Below are positions 18,301 through 25,801 of a DNA stretch of 32,000 nucleotides, piece by piece. Numbering within the stretch: position 1 is the stretch's first letter; the number at the start of each line of letters is the position of its first letter. The translations under genes and the position numbers were made by a program. The stretch is from Pirellula staleyi DSM 6068 (GTDB taxonomy: Bacteria; Planctomycetota; Planctomycetia; Pirellulales; Pirellulaceae). Below the pieces are notes generated by a model. It saw only the letters and a list, made by a program, of their open reading frames with translations. It was not told the origin of the DNA and ran no database searches. The stretch is from the NCBI GenBank assembly GCA_000025185.1, contig CP001848.1:2490001-2522000 (forward strand). The letters are read 5' to 3'.

Positions 18301-19408
18301 CTGTGCCGGTATCGACCACGGCCGTGATGGCGGGAACCGTGACCGACGATTCGGCCACGTTGGTGGCGAGCACAATCCGCCGCTTCGCATGCGCTGCAAA
18401 AACTTTCTGCTGATCGGCCAGCGACAGCCGCGCGTAGAGTGGCAAAATATCGATCGCACCACTCGAGGCGACTCGGCCCCGCAGCACTTGATGGGCGATG
18501 CGAATATCCCGTTCAGTAGGCAAAAACACAAGGATATCGCCGCGCGTTTCACGCAGCAGTCGTTCGGTGGAATCGGCCACCGCCGTGATGAGTTCCGCGC
18601 CTTCAAGTTGTTCTTCGGCTGGTGGTTCGTGACGAATCTCGACCGGATAGCTCCGCCCCGAGACCTGCACGATCGGGGCGGGACTTCCTGTGTGGTTAAA
18701 GTGTGCCGCAATCCGCTCGGCATCGATGGTGGCCGAGGTGATGATCAGCCGCAGGTCGTTGCGTTTGTAGAGGAGCCGATGCAAGTAGCCAAGCAAAAAA
18801 TCGATGTTCAGCGAGCGTTCATGCGCTTCGTCGATGATCAGTGTGTCGTACTGATCGAGGAAACGATCGGTTTGTGTCTCGGCCAGCAAGACACCATCGG
18901 TCATCACTTTCACCAAGGTGCGATCGTCGGTTGAATCGTGAAATCGGACCTTGAAGCCAACTTGTTTGGAGCCTTGCGATCCCAGTTCTTCGGTAAGACG
19001 GGCCGAGATACTGCGGGCCGCAATCCGGCGTGGCTGGGTATGGCCGATCCAGCCTCGAATGCCACGTCCCATCTCGAGGCAAAATTTGGGGAGCTGCGTC
19101 GATTTTCCCGAGCCCGTTTCGCCGCAGACGACGACTACTGGATGGGCTTCGATGGCGGCGATGATTTCGTCTTTTGCGGCAGTTATCGGGAGCGAAGGGT
19201 CGTACTCAAGTCGCGGTTTGATCTGCGCGCGCTCTTCGCGTTTGAATTCCGAGGTGGCGAGCGAATCGAGGAATTTGGCGAGTCGTTCGTCGAATGGCTG
19301 ACCACGTTCTTCGGCCGTTTGAATCGCGCGGAGTGTATTGCGCAGCCGATGACGATCACGCTGCATGGCGCGATCGATACGCTGTTCGAGCTGGCGGTAG
19401 TACGTCAT
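15383..19408 (-). CDS. hrpA: ATP-dependent RNA helicase HrpA (DEAH-box)
   Basis: Motifs: Walker A GETGSGKSTQLP, DEAHERS, SATID, TNVAESSVTV, QRAGRCGR, followed by a long HrpA-type C-terminal region. The ORF is open to 19450. ATG 19408 (MTYYRQLEQRIDRAMQRDRHRL) aligns better with E. coli HrpA (..LQQRLDSLMLRDRLRF..), so the start is uncertain by 14 codons. Confidence 0.92.
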   Translation of the reverse strand: MTYYRQLEQRIDRAMQRDRHRLRNTLRAIQTAEERGQPFDERLAKFLDSLATSEFKREERAQIKPRLEYDPSLPITAAKDEIIAAIEAHPVVVVCGETGSGKSTQLPKFCLEMGRGIRGWIGHTQPRRIAARSISARLTEELGSQGSKQVGFKVRFHDSTDDRTLVKVMTDGVLLAETQTDRFLDQYDTLIIDEAHERSLNIDFLLGYLHRLLYKRNDLRLIITSATIDAERIAAHFNHTGSPAPIVQVSGRSYPVEIRHEPPAEEQLEGAELITAVADSTERLLRETRGDILVFLPTERDIRIAHQVLRGRVASSGAIDILPLYARLSLADQQKVFAAHAKRRIVLATNVAESSVTVPAITAVVDTGTARISRYSPRSKVQRLPIERISQASANQRAGRCGRIAPGICVRLFGEEDFQSRDPFTSPEIQRTNLAAVLLQSLALDLGPLEEFPLLDVPRSEAIRDGFKTLFELQAIDDKRELTPLGLKLARLPVDPSIARMLLAASAEHALADVLIIAAALEVQDPRDRPSDKAQEASAAHAQWSDPDSDFLSWLHLWDFLHGLKEKLSRGQLRMAMQRNFLSEPRVREWQDVHRQLLEMATEQGLQVGKRISPQIPPPHDHEEELQQQPTGRTPQRGRQPGRGSKNEASRVESPAYLAIHRALLTGLLTSIARRTDTSEYQACGGQKYFLWPGSGVQHSRPAWIVAAELVETSRKFARSVARIQPEWLEELALHLINKHYSDYRWSEKRGQAMASERLVLAGLTLAADRPVPLAPIDPSAARELFIEQGLAAGLLPRKPAVVRDNEKVLEEIARLAAKTRRRDLVIDPQKLVDFYGKRLPREVIDMNSLERWWNKATNLERKTLQLTMNDLLDDEIERDVKTKYPDKLEVPGASLPLAYHFEPGTESDGVTVEVPAAAVSHLSAERLAWLVPGLLAEKIEALIRTLPKDIRRKIIPAPQVAREIASTLRFAEGRLLQVLATKLASHTGDRIEADSFDLTRLPPHLAMNVRVKDAEGKVITASREWTEVKAVAGPAAAAAAPVATSGRWSQSKLKSWTFGDLPSEVVTTAGGVKLARYPAIVDDGDSVSLQLAETPLQAEALSRGGMRRFLAIEQNREIRGHVSWLPQLAKLRMWSAPLCSKFPLDDQLQLLIASRALAMGYPDLPRSADTYKLHISMATKHLPAAAQDVAKLLPLLFEAYHQARLGIEQFKLSTAAYALADVKAQLAMLTPDGFLAATPWNWLLQFPRYFQGISARLRKLLAGGLARDKQNFAGVEKLQKSWSERVERERAQGTAPAALEEFRYSIEELRVSLFAQELGTSIPVSVQRLEKNLAAIVSKL

Positions 19409-19461
19409 CCGTGATTCTAAAAAGGTGCGCGTATACGCAAGGAATGTCACAAAAAATGTTT

Positions 19462-20493
19462 CTAACTAGCCAGGGTTGGTTCGTCGTCTCCCAGTAGCAC
19501 GCGCCGCTGAGGATTTCGGTACAACACCTTCGCAAGCAGTTCCGGCGAACCTTGGAATCCGCTCGTGGGTCGTTCTTGATGCCAGTCGCGATGCGTCGGC
19601 ACCATGTCGGGATCGAGTGGCCAAGGATCGAACGGCTGATGACCCAAAGCGGCTGTCAGTTTGCTGCTGTCCATCGTCACATCGCCAGCACGCGGGGGAA
19701 TCGGTCCTGCCTCCAGCCGCATGCATCCCATCAAATGCTCGGGAGCATAGCCACCCACGCGGTTCACAATCTGGGCGATTTCATAAAGGCTTAAGCGACG
19801 CGTTCCACCAGCGTGATAGAGACCCGGCAATTCGCGCGCGAGAACTTCTTCCAGCAAGGGATTAAGACAATCGGTGTACGTCGGGGTTCGCAGCTCGTCG
19901 AAATAAAGTGTCGCCGGTCGATGTTTTTTGAAACGCGACTGAATCCAGTCGATCGCACCGGCATGGCCGTTAAAGCTCACCCCCATCGGCAAACTTATGC
20001 GCAGGATCGTAGCTTCGGATTTATCGGTCAGGATCAGCTGTTCTGCTTCGGCCATCGTACTGCCGTAGATCGTGACCGGATCGGGGGTCGCATCTTCCCG
20101 AATGTTTCCTGGGCCAACTCCGGAGAAGACAAGATCGATCGACAAGTGGACCAGTCGCGTGCTGGTGCCTCGCATCGCGCGTAGTAAGTTTTCAACACTC
20201 GTGATATTCACCCGGCGCGCCATCGAAGGATCGAGTTCGCAGCTCTTGAGTTTGCATGTCCCTTCGCAGTTGAGGACCGCTGCGAATTGATACTTCTCGA
20301 AGAGTCGCTGCACTTGCTCGAAATCGTCGAGATCGCAAGGAACGATGCCGGGGAGCGCGAGGGGCCAGTTATCGGTGCGGCGGACAGCAACAACCCGGTC
20401 GCCATAGCGGCGCCGAAGGTAGGAAAACGCGTTGTAGCCCGCGACACCCGCGACACCAGTTAGCAGCAAGGGGAGGGGAGGTGTGTACGTCAT
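19462..20493 (-). CDS. RmlD-like (dTDP-4-dehydrorhamnose reductase fold) extended-SDR protein with non-canonical catalytic residues
   Basis: Rossmann motif LLLTGVAGVAGYNAF sits directly after ATG 20493; the track ORF extends to 20610 and would overlap the upstream gene's end region. LVHLSIDLVFSG...IYGSTMAEAEQL aligns with RmlD VVHYSTDYVFPG...VYGKTKLAGEKAL. Confidence 0.75.
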   Translation of the reverse strand: MTYTPPLPLLLTGVAGVAGYNAFSYLRRRYGDRVVAVRRTDNWPLALPGIVPCDLDDFEQVQRLFEKYQFAAVLNCEGTCKLKSCELDPSMARRVNITSVENLLRAMRGTSTRLVHLSIDLVFSGVGPGNIREDATPDPVTIYGSTMAEAEQLILTDKSEATILRISLPMGVSFNGHAGAIDWIQSRFKKHRPATLYFDELRTPTYTDCLNPLLEEVLARELPGLYHAGGTRRLSLYEIAQIVNRVGGYAPEHLMGCMRLEAGPIPPRAGDVTMDSSKLTAALGHQPFDPWPLDPDMVPTHRDWHQERPTSGFQGSPELLAKVLYRNPQRRVLLGDDEPTLAS

Positions 20494-20545
20494 GAGGATC
20501 AAAAAACTGTCGTAAAGCGAGGGAAATGCGAGGATTTTGGCGGCG

Positions 20546-23392
20546 CTAGCGGATTCGGAGTCCGATGGGAAGCGACTCGCCAAAGACATGACGTTGTTGC
20601 AGCGAGTCAAGGTCTCCCCCTTGCTCGACGAGTTTCAAACTCTCGTCCGAAGCGCCACTGGCGGTGAGCTGAGCAGCGATTGTCGTGCGTAGTGCTCCGC
20701 TGATATCGCGAAATCGATCGTCGGTTTTTCGGGCGAGCTGAACGATCGCTAGTTGCAGTGGAACATCGAGTGGCGCGGTCGCTAGAAGTTTCTCAAGCCA
20801 GGTTGCGACTTCACTGGCGGGGAGCACCGTGTTGAGAGGGCCGTAGACTGGAACGCGGCTCCCGAGTCGGCCGATGCTCCAGGCCAGTGCTGCGCGGATG
20901 TTGGCGAGCTTGGGCCGACCGAGTAGTTCGAGGAACATCTGACCCAGGGTGATTTTGGTCGGGACATCTAGTAGTTCGAGCGATCCGACGAGCCTCACGA
21001 GTTCAATCGACTCGTGAGGCGAGAGCATCGGTTCGCTCGATTTGCCCGCCGATGTGGCCCGCTTATGAAAGGCTTTGAGCGTGGTGAGCATCGGCTGCGA
21101 GATCGCTTTTTGCTGACCAGCGGTGAAGCCTCCCGCAATGCGGCGCCACAAAATGAGGGACTCGGTGCGGCTGGTCGGAACACCATGCGCTAGTTTGCCA
21201 TGCACGAGTTTCCATGTTTCAGCTACACGCCAGTCGTCGACCGCCAGACCATACCCGGGGCGAAGTGCATAGCCAAGCAGATTGAGCCAGCGCGCTTCAT
21301 GCGCGGGCGAACGTCGTCGTCCCTCTTCGAGAGCGATGAGCGCCTCCCAAATGCGGCGCAAAAGCGAAGTGGGCCACTGCTCGCGATCGCTTCCAGCTGC
21401 TTCGACAAGTCGTTTGATCAGGCTGTCGGGGTGCTCGCGTCCTGTTCCAAACGTTCCCTCGAGTACGCTGTAAATCGCTTTCCAAGCGGATTCTTCGATA
21501 AAACCTTGCGCTTCAGCGGCCGATTCGTGCGCTTCAGCATCGGTTTCGGTGGCGGAGCGAACATCGAACTCAAGCCGCCACTGACGTTCTCCTTCGGCTT
21601 CACTGCACCACAGTTCGAGCGTGCCGATTTCGGTCAGCAGCACGTTGAGATGCACGGCAATCGTGCCACGCTCGCCGCGCGTGCGCGTTTTGAGGGCGGT
21701 TCGAATGGGTGGAAGCGCCGACATCTGTTCGGGATCGATCGGCAGCACCTCTCCCGCGCGATCAGCGAGTCGCAAGCTCGAAACGAAGAGTGGAAACTGA
21801 GCAGGCTGCGAGACCAAAAGCTCGAGCGCAGGCTGCTTGAGCGTAATGGTTTCACCCGGCTGTGCGCTACCCGGTACGAGGCAGATCGCTTGCGGCGGTG
21901 TCCCTTCGAGGCCGAGGTAATAGGAGCGGGCCAAACTTGCAGCGATCTTGACCCCGAGACCACGACGTACGAGTCCGTAGTAGGCTGCCCCGCGCGCCAC
22001 GGCGAGATCGAGTCGGTCGTTGTCGAGCAGACGAGGCTGCCAAGGTGTGGCACGATCGCCGGTGAACCACTCGCCGATCGTTTCGAGCAAACGGCTGACC
22101 AGCAGCGGCGAGCTGAAAACGCCACCGTTAAGGAGCACGAGGTCGGGCTTAGCGGGGTCGAGTGGTGGAGTTGGTATCGCTTGGGGATCTGCTGGCGGAT
22201 CGACGTCGGCATAGCGATGCCGCGCAAGGAACTGGGCTAAGTAGCGCGTGATGGCTGGGTCGGCTGCATAAGGGAGACCAAACTCCTGAAAACCGCTACG
22301 TCGCGCTTGAGGCCGCGCATCGCGGGGGACTTTCGGAAAGAAACCTTCGACCAATAAGGTCGCCGCTTCGTCGCGCGTAATCGTTGTTTGCAGCGAGCCA
22401 CCAATCAGTCGCGAACCACCCGAGGCGATGCTAATGGTGCGCTCGGTGGGGCTCGCTTGGCTAAGGAGTTCTTCTTTCGATGATCGGCTCGCGCGCAGCA
22501 GTGTGTCCCACTGACGAGCGTCGAGCCCTTTGGTCGCTGCGAGCTTTTCTTCGAGGTGCTTCGCTAGTGCGAGATCAAAATTGTCGCCGCCGAGGATCAA
22601 GTGGTCGCCGACCGCGATGCGATGCAGCTGAATCTGTCCCGTCTCATCCTGGCGAACTCGAATGAGGGTGAAGTCGGTCGTGCCACCACCGACGTCGCAG
22701 ATCAAGATTTTCTGACCGACCTTCAGCTCTGCCTGCCAGGTGTCGCGATGCTTGGCGATCCAGGCATAAAAAGCTGCTTGCGGTTCTTCGAGCAGGACGA
22801 CGCGCGGAAGTCCGGCACGCTGCGCTGCGCTGATCGTCAGTTCGCGAGCTACTTCGTCGAACGAAGCGGGAAGCGTCAAGACAATCTCTTGCTCTTCGAG
22901 TGGGGCCCCTTTGAACTGGTGATTCCACGCCGCGCGAATGTGAGCCAGGTAGCGGCTGCTCGCTTCGACGGGAGACATGCGCTCGACATCGGGGGCCGCT
23001 TGCCAAGGGAGGACATCGGCGAGCCGATCGACACCGCGGTGACAGAGCCACGATTTGGCCGACGAAATGACCCGTCCCGCCGAGATCGCGCCAGCATCGC
23101 GGGCCATCGCACCGACGATCGGCTGGGAATCGTCGTTCCACGGAAGTTTGCCGAGTGCCGCGCGATCGGCAGCGGGCTGATAGAGGAACGATGGGAGGGT
23201 GTCGAGTTTTTCGACGACATTGGCTGCGGTGAACTGTGGGATCGCGAGGACCTCGACGCGCGATGTATTGCGCTCGCAATCGACGTAGCAGACAGCGGAA
23301 TTCGTGGTACCCAGATCGATACCGACGACGTAGCGGCTAGGGGCTCGCTCGAGCGAAAGTTCGTCAGTCGTAGGTCCACCAAGCGCGCTCAC
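20546..23392 (-). CDS. Atypical Hsp70-family ATPase, long form (NBD + non-canonical beta-rich domain + ~330-aa C-terminal extension)
   Basis: 948-aa ORF with a GTG start at 23392..23390; no in-frame ATG precedes the NBD. Motifs: VVGIDLGTTNSAV, LLEEPQAAFYAW, CDVGGGTTDFTLIRV, LLNGGVFSSP. Shared paralog signature: GTLELWCSEAEGERQWRLEFDVR (about nt 21560..21625). Confidence 0.85.
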   Translation of the reverse strand: MSALGGPTTDELSLERAPSRYVVGIDLGTTNSAVCYVDCERNTSRVEVLAIPQFTAANVVEKLDTLPSFLYQPAADRAALGKLPWNDDSQPIVGAMARDAGAISAGRVISSAKSWLCHRGVDRLADVLPWQAAPDVERMSPVEASSRYLAHIRAAWNHQFKGAPLEEQEIVLTLPASFDEVARELTISAAQRAGLPRVVLLEEPQAAFYAWIAKHRDTWQAELKVGQKILICDVGGGTTDFTLIRVRQDETGQIQLHRIAVGDHLILGGDNFDLALAKHLEEKLAATKGLDARQWDTLLRASRSSKEELLSQASPTERTISIASGGSRLIGGSLQTTITRDEAATLLVEGFFPKVPRDARPQARRSGFQEFGLPYAADPAITRYLAQFLARHRYADVDPPADPQAIPTPPLDPAKPDLVLLNGGVFSSPLLVSRLLETIGEWFTGDRATPWQPRLLDNDRLDLAVARGAAYYGLVRRGLGVKIAASLARSYYLGLEGTPPQAICLVPGSAQPGETITLKQPALELLVSQPAQFPLFVSSLRLADRAGEVLPIDPEQMSALPPIRTALKTRTRGERGTIAVHLNVLLTEIGTLELWCSEAEGERQWRLEFDVRSATETDAEAHESAAEAQGFIEESAWKAIYSVLEGTFGTGREHPDSLIKRLVEAAGSDREQWPTSLLRRIWEALIALEEGRRRSPAHEARWLNLLGYALRPGYGLAVDDWRVAETWKLVHGKLAHGVPTSRTESLILWRRIAGGFTAGQQKAISQPMLTTLKAFHKRATSAGKSSEPMLSPHESIELVRLVGSLELLDVPTKITLGQMFLELLGRPKLANIRAALAWSIGRLGSRVPVYGPLNTVLPASEVATWLEKLLATAPLDVPLQLAIVQLARKTDDRFRDISGALRTTIAAQLTASGASDESLKLVEQGGDLDSLQQRHVFGESLPIGLRIR

Positions 23393-23395
23393 GCG

Positions 23396-25183
23396 TTAGT
23401 TCTCCGCGTCGTCGCGCACGCTGAATTCGAGTTTCCAGCGAGACTGATTTTTGGTTCCCACGCACCACAGTTCGAACACACCGAGCTCGGTGATGTGCGA
23501 CTGAAATTTCACCGGCACGTAGTCGTCGTCCATCGATTCTTCGCGCGCGAGCATCGTCTCGAGCGAATCGGTTTCGGCGATCTCGTCGTCGCTCCAATGC
23601 GTGACAAGTTCGCCCACAGCATCTTGCTTGCGCGTGGCTGAACTGAAAAAACGAAACGTCGCTTGCTCGCCTACCACCAGTCCGATTTCGCCCGAGGGAA
23701 CATCAGCCGTATTCCCTTCTTCCATTCCAAACGGAACGACACAAAGCGCGCGCAGCGGGCGCGGCTGACCTGGAATTGCTAAGCCCGATGATTCAATCCC
23801 GACGTAATAGCTGCGGGCTGTTCCACCCCGAATGCGAACGCCGCCGTGCAGTTTGGCCCAGCCGTAGTAAGCAGCGCCTCGCGCCACGCTGTGATCGAGA
23901 TCGTGAACGCCATCAAGAACGCGCGGCGGTGCATCGGGAGACCACTCGCCAATTACTTCCATCAAGCGATCGCGGAAAATCGGTGACTTAAATACGCCAC
24001 CGTTGAATAGTACGTGCGAAGGGCGAACCGGTTGCCCGTTGCTGCCGTGAGCTGTGAGGAACGCCGCGAGATGACGCGTGACAGCGGTGTCGGATTCAAA
24101 CGGCAGACCAATCTCTTGAAAGCCCGACATACGGCGCTTTTGCGGACGGTCGCTCGCCGAGCATTTGGGAAAGAAACCTTCGAGCAGCAACTGAGCGGCT
24201 GATTGTTTTTCGAGATCGATCGACACCGTGCCACCGATCAGTTTGCTGCCACGACCAAGAACACTCAAAGGATGCGTTTCAGCACCTCCGGGAGCGAGCA
24301 GCGCTTCTTTCGCTTGGCGACACATGTGCCATAGCGAAACGCTTTGCCAAGGGTCGAGCTTCACGTTCTTTTTGGCAAACTCTTCCGATGCGTGGAAGGC
24401 GAGGGCGAGATCCATGTTGTCGCCACCCACCAGCAGATGGTTGCCCACTGCGATGCGTCGCAGCACAAGCTCACCATTTTCTTCAGCGACACCAACGAGA
24501 GTGAAGTCGCTTGTGCCACCACCGACGTCGCAAACCAGCAGCGATTCTCCTACCTTCACACTGCGACGCCAGCGTTCTCCCATGGAGGTCAGCCACGCAT
24601 AGACAGCTGCTTGCGGTTCTTCGAGAAGGATCAAGTTCGCTGGCAGTCCCGCTGCGAGAGCTGCCTCGCGCGTTAGTTCACGAGCCGCCGCATCAAACGA
24701 AGCGGGAACGGTAAGAACGACAATCTGTTCGGCCAGCGGCGCGTCTGGAAACTTCTCCGACCAGATGCTCACCAGATGTTCTAGATAGCGGCGCGAAGCT
24801 GTGACCGGCGAAACCTTGGCGACCTCGGCTGGCGCTTGCCAAGGCAAGATCGGCTGATGGCGGTCGACCTTGCTGTGACAGAGCCAGCTCTTCGCGGCAG
24901 CCACGCTGCGCGTCGGATTTTCGGCCGAGAGTCTCCGAGCAATTTCACCAACGACATAGCCCGCCGGAGCTGCTCCGGGCATCGCATACGCAGGGGACTC
25001 TGCCTCGCCAGGAGGTGGTAAATAGAGGAATGACGGGAGCGAGCTGCGCGGCTCGACCACACCAGCTGCCACCAGCTGCGGAATCTCGAGAAGCTGAACG
25101 TCCGGCTTCTCGGTGCCGAGGTCGGCATAGGCGAGCACGCTGTTCGTGGTTCCGAGGTCGATGCCGATCACAAACTTGCTCAA
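23396..25183 (-). CDS. Atypical Hsp70-family ATPase, short form (NBD + non-canonical beta-rich C-terminal domain)
   Basis: 595-aa ORF with a TTG start at 25183..25181. The in-frame upstream codons back to the TAA at 25240..25238 contain no ATG, GTG or TTG. Motifs: FVIGIDLGTTNSVL, LLEEPQAAVYAW, CDVGGGTSDFTLVGV, LFNGGVFKSP. It ends GVFELWCVGTKNQSRWKLEFSVRDDAEN. Confidence 0.88.
   Translation of the reverse strand: MSKFVIGIDLGTTNSVLAYADLGTEKPDVQLLEIPQLVAAGVVEPRSSLPSFLYLPPPGEAESPAYAMPGAAPAGYVVGEIARRLSAENPTRSVAAAKSWLCHSKVDRHQPILPWQAPAEVAKVSPVTASRRYLEHLVSIWSEKFPDAPLAEQIVVLTVPASFDAAARELTREAALAAGLPANLILLEEPQAAVYAWLTSMGERWRRSVKVGESLLVCDVGGGTSDFTLVGVAEENGELVLRRIAVGNHLLVGGDNMDLALAFHASEEFAKKNVKLDPWQSVSLWHMCRQAKEALLAPGGAETHPLSVLGRGSKLIGGTVSIDLEKQSAAQLLLEGFFPKCSASDRPQKRRMSGFQEIGLPFESDTAVTRHLAAFLTAHGSNGQPVRPSHVLFNGGVFKSPIFRDRLMEVIGEWSPDAPPRVLDGVHDLDHSVARGAAYYGWAKLHGGVRIRGGTARSYYVGIESSGLAIPGQPRPLRALCVVPFGMEEGNTADVPSGEIGLVVGEQATFRFFSSATRKQDAVGELVTHWSDDEIAETDSLETMLAREESMDDDYVPVKFQSHITELGVFELWCVGTKNQSRWKLEFSVRDDAEN
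23402..23405 (-). promoter_or_regulatory. Shine-Dalgarno-like GGAG, 9 nt upstream of the GTG start of the long Hsp70-like gene (inside the 3' end of the upstream gene)
   Basis: The minus strand reads gcGGAGaacTAAcgcGTG. Confidence 0.4.
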
Positions 25184-25192
25184 GGTGCCAAT

Positions 25193-25196
25193 CTCC
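25193..25196 (-). promoter_or_regulatory. Shine-Dalgarno-like GGAG, 9 nt upstream of the TTG start of the short Hsp70-like gene
   Basis: The minus strand reads tcgccGGAGattggcaccTTG. Confidence 0.4.
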
Positions 25197-25237
25197 GGCG
25201 AATAGGGACGAGAACGGGGCGCAAGAAGTGCAGCCGC

Positions 25238-25801
25238 TTACTTGGTTTCCACTTCTGCAGGAGCGATCACTTTGGCAGCCGCTGCGGAACCGGTGTAGGT
25301 TGGCAAGTTGGTCGACTTTGCCTCCCACCCACCATGCACCAGTGTTCCTTCGAGTGCGGCCGTCGCTCCCAAACTTCCCACCACTTTGTACCGACCTGGA
25401 TCGTAGCCCGGCGGAACGCTGACCGTCGAACCCTCTTCACCAGCCGCGATCCGCTGGAGGGAAAAGAGCCGATCGAGGACAGCCGCCGAGTCCTTCAGAA
25501 CCCCCCGAGCAGCGGCTCCGATTTGGGCATCGGAATAGTCAGATAAAGGCTCTTGGATCAGATCCACCAGACGAGCTTCGCGCTGCAGCGTAGCTAAAAG
25601 TGCAATCGCATCACTCTGAAGTGGGGTTTTGGGCTCGGGTTTAGGGGCCGGTGTCGATGTTGCAGAATGCTGCTGCGTTTTCCCTTGCTCGGTGACTTTT
25701 GGCAACATGTTGCCTTGGAGCGCCGTGGCGACACGACCGGCAGTATCGCCGCTCGCTAGGCATTTAAAAAAAGCTGCAAAGGCAGTAGAGATTCGTCCCA
25801 T
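25238..25801 (-). CDS. DUF2760 domain-containing protein
   Basis: 187-aa ORF. N-terminus MGRISTAFAAFFKCL. Core: SDAIALLATLQREARLVDLIQEPLSDYSDAQIGAAARGVLKDSAAVLDRLFSL ... EEGSTVSVPPGYD ... GTLVHGGWEA. This fits my memory of the DUF2760 consensus (LQreGRlvDFl.ed...ysDaqvGAAaR.vh ... h.GW.a). Confidence 0.75.
   Translation of the reverse strand: MGRISTAFAAFFKCLASGDTAGRVATALQGNMLPKVTEQGKTQQHSATSTPAPKPEPKTPLQSDAIALLATLQREARLVDLIQEPLSDYSDAQIGAAARGVLKDSAAVLDRLFSLQRIAAGEEGSTVSVPPGYDPGRYKVVGSLGATAALEGTLVHGGWEAKSTNLPTYTGSAAAAKVIAPAEVETK

Noticed and set aside
16448-18723. ORFs 16448..17281 (+, 277 aa) and 17863..18723 (-, 286 aa, alternative frame)
   Set aside because: Both fall inside hrpA, whose frame carries all the helicase motifs. 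The alternatives are low-complexity Arg/Ser-rich sequence.
21200-23641. Two + strand ORFs of identical length (346 aa each), antisense to the Hsp70-like genes
   Set aside because: The equal length looked intriguing, but the sequences are unrelated and Arg-rich. They mirror the coding frames of strongly supported genes, so the match is a coincidence.
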